From Alphaproteobacteria bacterium (GTDB lineage: Bacteria; Pseudomonadota; Alphaproteobacteria; Rickettsiales; UBA8987): a DNA stretch of 62,501 bases. The position numbers and the translations under genes are program-made. The notes beneath the pieces were generated by a model. It was not told the DNA's origin. It was given only the letters and a program-made list of their open reading frames with translations, and did no database searches. The DNA lies in the NCBI GenBank assembly GCA_030429725.1, contig JAUIEX010000003.1, positions 1 to 62,501 of the forward strand. The letters are read 5' to 3'. How positions within the stretch are numbered: the first letter of the stretch is position 1; every line of letters starts with the position of its first letter. This document shows, in pieces, positions 59,395 through 62,501 of this stretch.

Positions 59395-60699
59395 CTATCC
59401 CTTCTCTTCCAACCGCACGGCCACGGAAAGCCCATGCGCCCCCAGCCCTTCCGCATGTGCCAGATGGTAGGTTGCCTCCGCCAGATGGGCAAAGCCTTGT
59501 TCTTCACACTGAATCATGCTGGAACGTTTCAGAAAATCAAACACGGAAAGCCCGCTGGCAAAGCGCGGCGTGCCCGCCGTGGGCAACACATGGCTGGGCC
59601 CGGCAGTATAATCCCCGATAGCTTCCGGCGTCCATTTTCCCATAAAAATTGCTCCGGCATGGGTGATGTGCTCTACTAATTTTTCCGGCGCTTGCACAAA
59701 CAGCTCCAAATGCTCCGGCGCCACCAGATTGCTGATTCTTGCCGCATCCTCAACATCCCGGCACTGCACCACCAGCCCGTTTTTTTCCCAGCTTTCGCGG
59801 GCAATATCCGCCCGGTTAAGCGTTTCCACCAGCTCGTCAACCTGCCGCATCACCTCTTTGGCCAGCCCGGCATCCGGCGTGACCAGCACACTGCGTGACG
59901 CGGGATCATGCTCCGCCTGCGAAAGCAGATCCGCCGCCACCCAGCGCGGGTTAGCCGTGTGATCCGCAATCACCAAAATTTCCGAGGGCCCGGCAATGCT
60001 GTCAATGCCCACCAGCCCATAAACCTGCCGCTTGGCCGCCGCCACATAGGCATTGCCCGGCCCCACGATCACATCCACTTTTGGAATTGTTTCGGTTCCG
60101 AAAGCCATTGCTGCAACTGCCTGCGCACCACCAATCTGATAGATTTCTTTGACCCCGGCCACATGCGCAGCGGCCAGCACCATCGGGTTCATTTCCCCAC
60201 CCGGCGTTGGGCTGCACATCACCAGCCTTTTGACCCCGGCCGCCAATGCAGGAATGGCGTTCATCAACACCGAACTTGGATAAACCGCCGTGCCCCCCGG
60301 CACATAAAGCCCGGCGGTTTCAATCGCCGTCCACCGCCAGCCCAGCGTGATTCCTTCTTCGGTGTAACGCTCATCTTTGGGCACCTGCCGACGGTGATAA
60401 TCCCAAATCCGCTTCGCCGCTAATTCCAGTGCTGTTTTTAATTTTTCCGGCAGATTATTCCATGCGTGCTGCATGGCTTCGGGCGGCACACGCAGCGTTT
60501 GCGCCGTATGCTCCGCCTTATCAAACCGGGCGGTATAATCCAGCACGGCGGCATCCCCGCGCTGCGCCACATCGGCAAGAATCTTTGCCACCGCATCGTT
60601 CACTTCCGCGCCGGTTTCCAGCTTGGCCGCCAGCTTGGCCGCCAGCTTGGCTTCAAATTGATCGTCAGAACCGGAAAGCTGCATCACCATAAGAGGCAC
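59395..60699 (-). CDS. hisD: Histidinol dehydrogenase
   Basis: GLYVPGGTAVYPSSVLM, GPGNAYV, IAGPSE, DLLSQAEHD, APEHLEL, GPSHVLPT. Confidence 0.97.
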   Translation of the reverse strand: MPLMVMQLSGSDDQFEAKLAAKLAAKLETGAEVNDAVAKILADVAQRGDAAVLDYTARFDKAEHTAQTLRVPPEAMQHAWNNLPEKLKTALELAAKRIWDYHRRQVPKDERYTEEGITLGWRWTAIETAGLYVPGGTAVYPSSVLMNAIPALAAGVKRLVMCSPTPGGEMNPMVLAAAHVAGVKEIYQIGGAQAVAAMAFGTETIPKVDVIVGPGNAYVAAAKRQVYGLVGIDSIAGPSEILVIADHTANPRWVAADLLSQAEHDPASRSVLVTPDAGLAKEVMRQVDELVETLNRADIARESWEKNGLVVQCRDVEDAARISNLVAPEHLELFVQAPEKLVEHITHAGAIFMGKWTPEAIGDYTAGPSHVLPTAGTPRFASGLSVFDFLKRSSMIQCEEQGFAHLAEATYHLAHAEGLGAHGLSVAVRLEEKG

Positions 60700-60801
60700 A
60701 GTCTACTGCAAAGCGCCGCCGCCGCCAAGCGGAAGCTTTACGAATGGTTTAGCCGGCAGCAATGGCCAGCCTTACTCACCCTGATTATCGGGAATTTACG
60801 G

Positions 60802-61086
60802 CTAGGTTGGCTTACCCGGCGGCGTGGCGGCCGGTTCGTTTTCCTTATTGGCCGCCTCCAATGCATACACACATAAATCTTCGAAAGAGACGTTATTTTT
60901 TTCCGCCAGCGCCAGTAATTTAGAAAAACTCTCCATCACTTCACCGGGAATTGTCCCCCCCCGCTCGGAGGAAAGCCAGTGCGCCTGATTCTGCAAAGGA
61001 TGATTCCCCGCTTTCGGATTGCCGATATACACATCAAACGGTGCTTTTGTGCCACCAAAGTCACATGGAATGGTGAATTTTTTCAT
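60802..61086 (-). CDS. DUF2610 family small protein
   Basis: MKKFTIPCDFGG.KAPF.VYIG.P....HPLQNQAHWLSSERGGTIP. Confidence 0.75.
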   Translation of the reverse strand: MKKFTIPCDFGGTKAPFDVYIGNPKAGNHPLQNQAHWLSSERGGTIPGEVMESFSKLLALAEKNNVSFEDLCVYALEAANKENEPAATPPGKPT

Positions 61087-61326
61087 AATGCTTCCCTTTT
61101 ATCGTCGCTTCCATGCATCTTTGGTGACCATAACATCCTTAGCCGCGATCGTGAAGCGGTAAGCGCACTCAAACATGTCATCTTTCACACCAAACTGGCC
61201 AAAATGCCTCACCCGGTGGCGTTCGTGTAACAGCTGGGGCAGGATATCTCACCATGTGAAAGCTTCAACCCGTCTCTCCTTGATTTTTAACGGGCAGAGA
61301 ACAAAGCTGCGGGGATTGGGGGTTGC

Positions 61327-62052
61327 ATGGACGATCTTTTGCGTGAATTTCTGGACGAAACCAACGAGGCGCTTGAGTCTCTGGATGCGGATTTTGTCAC
61401 GCTTGAACAGGACCCAAGCAATGCCGATATCGTTGGAAACATCTTTCGCGTGATGCACACCATTAAAGGCACTTGCGGGTTTTTAGGGCTGGAACGGCTG
61501 GAAAAAGTGGCGCACGCCGCCGAGGATGTGATGGATAATATTCGCGACGGTAAGCTCAGCGCTTCACCGGAGGTTATCTCGGTTATTTTTCATGCCACGG
61601 ATTGCATTAAGGACATCGTTGAAAAACTGGGAGAAACCGGCGCAGAACCCACGGGCGACGACAGCGCCTTGATTGCGGAGTTAAACCAGTGCGCCGCCGG
61701 TGGCGCCTCCTCATCCGGCGCGGCAGCAACGGCAAATGCCGCAACTTCCACCGGCTCCGGCATCCCGGATATTGAAGAAGATATCATGACCCGTGGCGGC
61801 ACCACGCCGGATCTGGACATGGACATTGATTTTGAGCCGGTGATGGCAGATTTTGCTGCCGACGAGGCCGCCCTTCCCGCCGCCATTGATCTGGAAAACA
61901 ATCCCGCCATCGATGCGGAGATTAAAGCCGCGGAAGCGGCACTGGCCAAGGCGGAGGCAGAAAGTGAATCTCCACGGGCCAAGGCCCGTGGTATCACGCT
62001 TCGCTACGCTCAGATTTCAAGCTGCGCTTGTCCAGAATCTTCTTTTCCCTGA
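61327..62052 (+). pseudogene. cheA: Chemotaxis kinase CheA N-terminal fragment (HPt domain plus linker), interrupted by IS200
   Basis: MDDLLREFLDETNE, IFRVMHTIKGTCGFLGL; after ...AEAESE the frame runs into the IS end hairpin and stops at 62052. Confidence 0.85.
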
Positions 62053-62501
62053 TGTTCGATATAACGTCTGATAATTGCTTCATCGACACCCACTGTGCTA
62101 ACGAAATAGCCATCGGACCATATGCCATCTGCTCCCCAATATACTTTACGCATGTAGTCAAATCGGCGCTTCATCAATCGACCAGTATGCGATTTAAACG
62201 TACGCACCACATCACTAACACGCATCTTGGGAGGAATTGATAACAACATATGGATATGGTCAATATCATGATTTACCTCAAGTATTTCTACTTCTGGCAG
62301 CATCTCGTGAAAGCTTGTTATCAATTCCCGCAGATAGGCAAATGATCCTTCGTTGAAAATCTTTCGACGGTATTTACTCGTTAAAACAATATGATATTCA
62401 CATCGATAAGCACAGTGGGCTTGTTTCCTTAGGCGCATAAAGAAGATTCTGGACGCACTTCATCCATGGGGCAAGCCCCATGGTTTTTGTGTGCCTATAA
62501 A
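61965..62501 (-). mobile_element. IS200/IS605-family element (tnpA only)
   Basis: Subterminal hairpins CCACGGGCC-aa-GGCCCGTGG (61972-61991) and CCATGGGGC-aa-GCCCCATGG (62464-62483) flank a Y1 transposase; left end may extend past the window. Confidence 0.88.
62010..62438 (-). CDS. tnpA: IS200-family HUH/Y1 transposase
   Basis: YHIVLTSKYRR, DHIHML (HUH), WSDGYFVSTVG, catalytic YIEHQ. Confidence 0.95.
   Translation of the reverse strand: MRLRKQAHCAYRCEYHIVLTSKYRRKIFNEGSFAYLRELITSFHEMLPEVEILEVNHDIDHIHMLLSIPPKMRVSDVVRTFKSHTGRLMKRRFDYMRKVYWGADGIWSDGYFVSTVGVDEAIIRRYIEHQGKEDSGQAQLEI

Noticed and set aside
60618-60651. 12-nt tandem repeat (CCAGCTTGGCCG x2.8) near the hisD 5' end
   Set aside because: Frame-neutral micro-duplication (AKLA repeats) in a variable N-terminal helix; no wider pattern
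61140-61326. CtrA box upstream of cheA
   Set aside because: Only a half site (TTAAC at 61287-61291), without the upstream half or the N11-TANNNT hexamer
61965-62501. TnpA as a REP-associated (RAYT) enzyme mobilising the family A palindromes
   Set aside because: Only two end hairpins as in an ordinary IS200; they do not resemble family A, and no REP arrays flank the gene

Overview
GC-rich alphaproteobacterial chromosome segment, plausibly from a motile, free-living relative of the Rickettsiales (inference from DUF2610, a Rickettsia-like UbiD, a Caulobacter-type fliLM/flgFGAH cluster and his/trp/pur/pdx biosynthesis genes). It is mostly housekeeping genes with single, AT-richer orphan ORFs dropped in between. 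I found no rRNA, tRNA or CRISPR array. Main observations: (1) six orphan loci share one promoter architecture, a CtrA-type box TTAA-N7-TTAA followed by exactly 11 nt and a TANNNT -10 hexamer, suggesting a co-regulated set of unknown proteins; (2) a family of multi-hairpin palindromic elements is inserted in-frame in enzymes, three times in ubiD and once in nadE, reminiscent of Rickettsia RPEs; (3) a second, 205-bp MITE-like element with 11-bp terminal inverted repeats supplies the RluB C-terminus; (4) a Cache-PAS-degenerate HD-GYP membrane protein sits head-to-head with a LapG-type protease; (5) PPK1 and PPX are fused in one ORF; (6) an EnvZ-like kinase lacks its phospho-His; (7) an IS200-type element interrupts cheA at the window end. 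All assignments come from motif recognition by eye; no searches were run.
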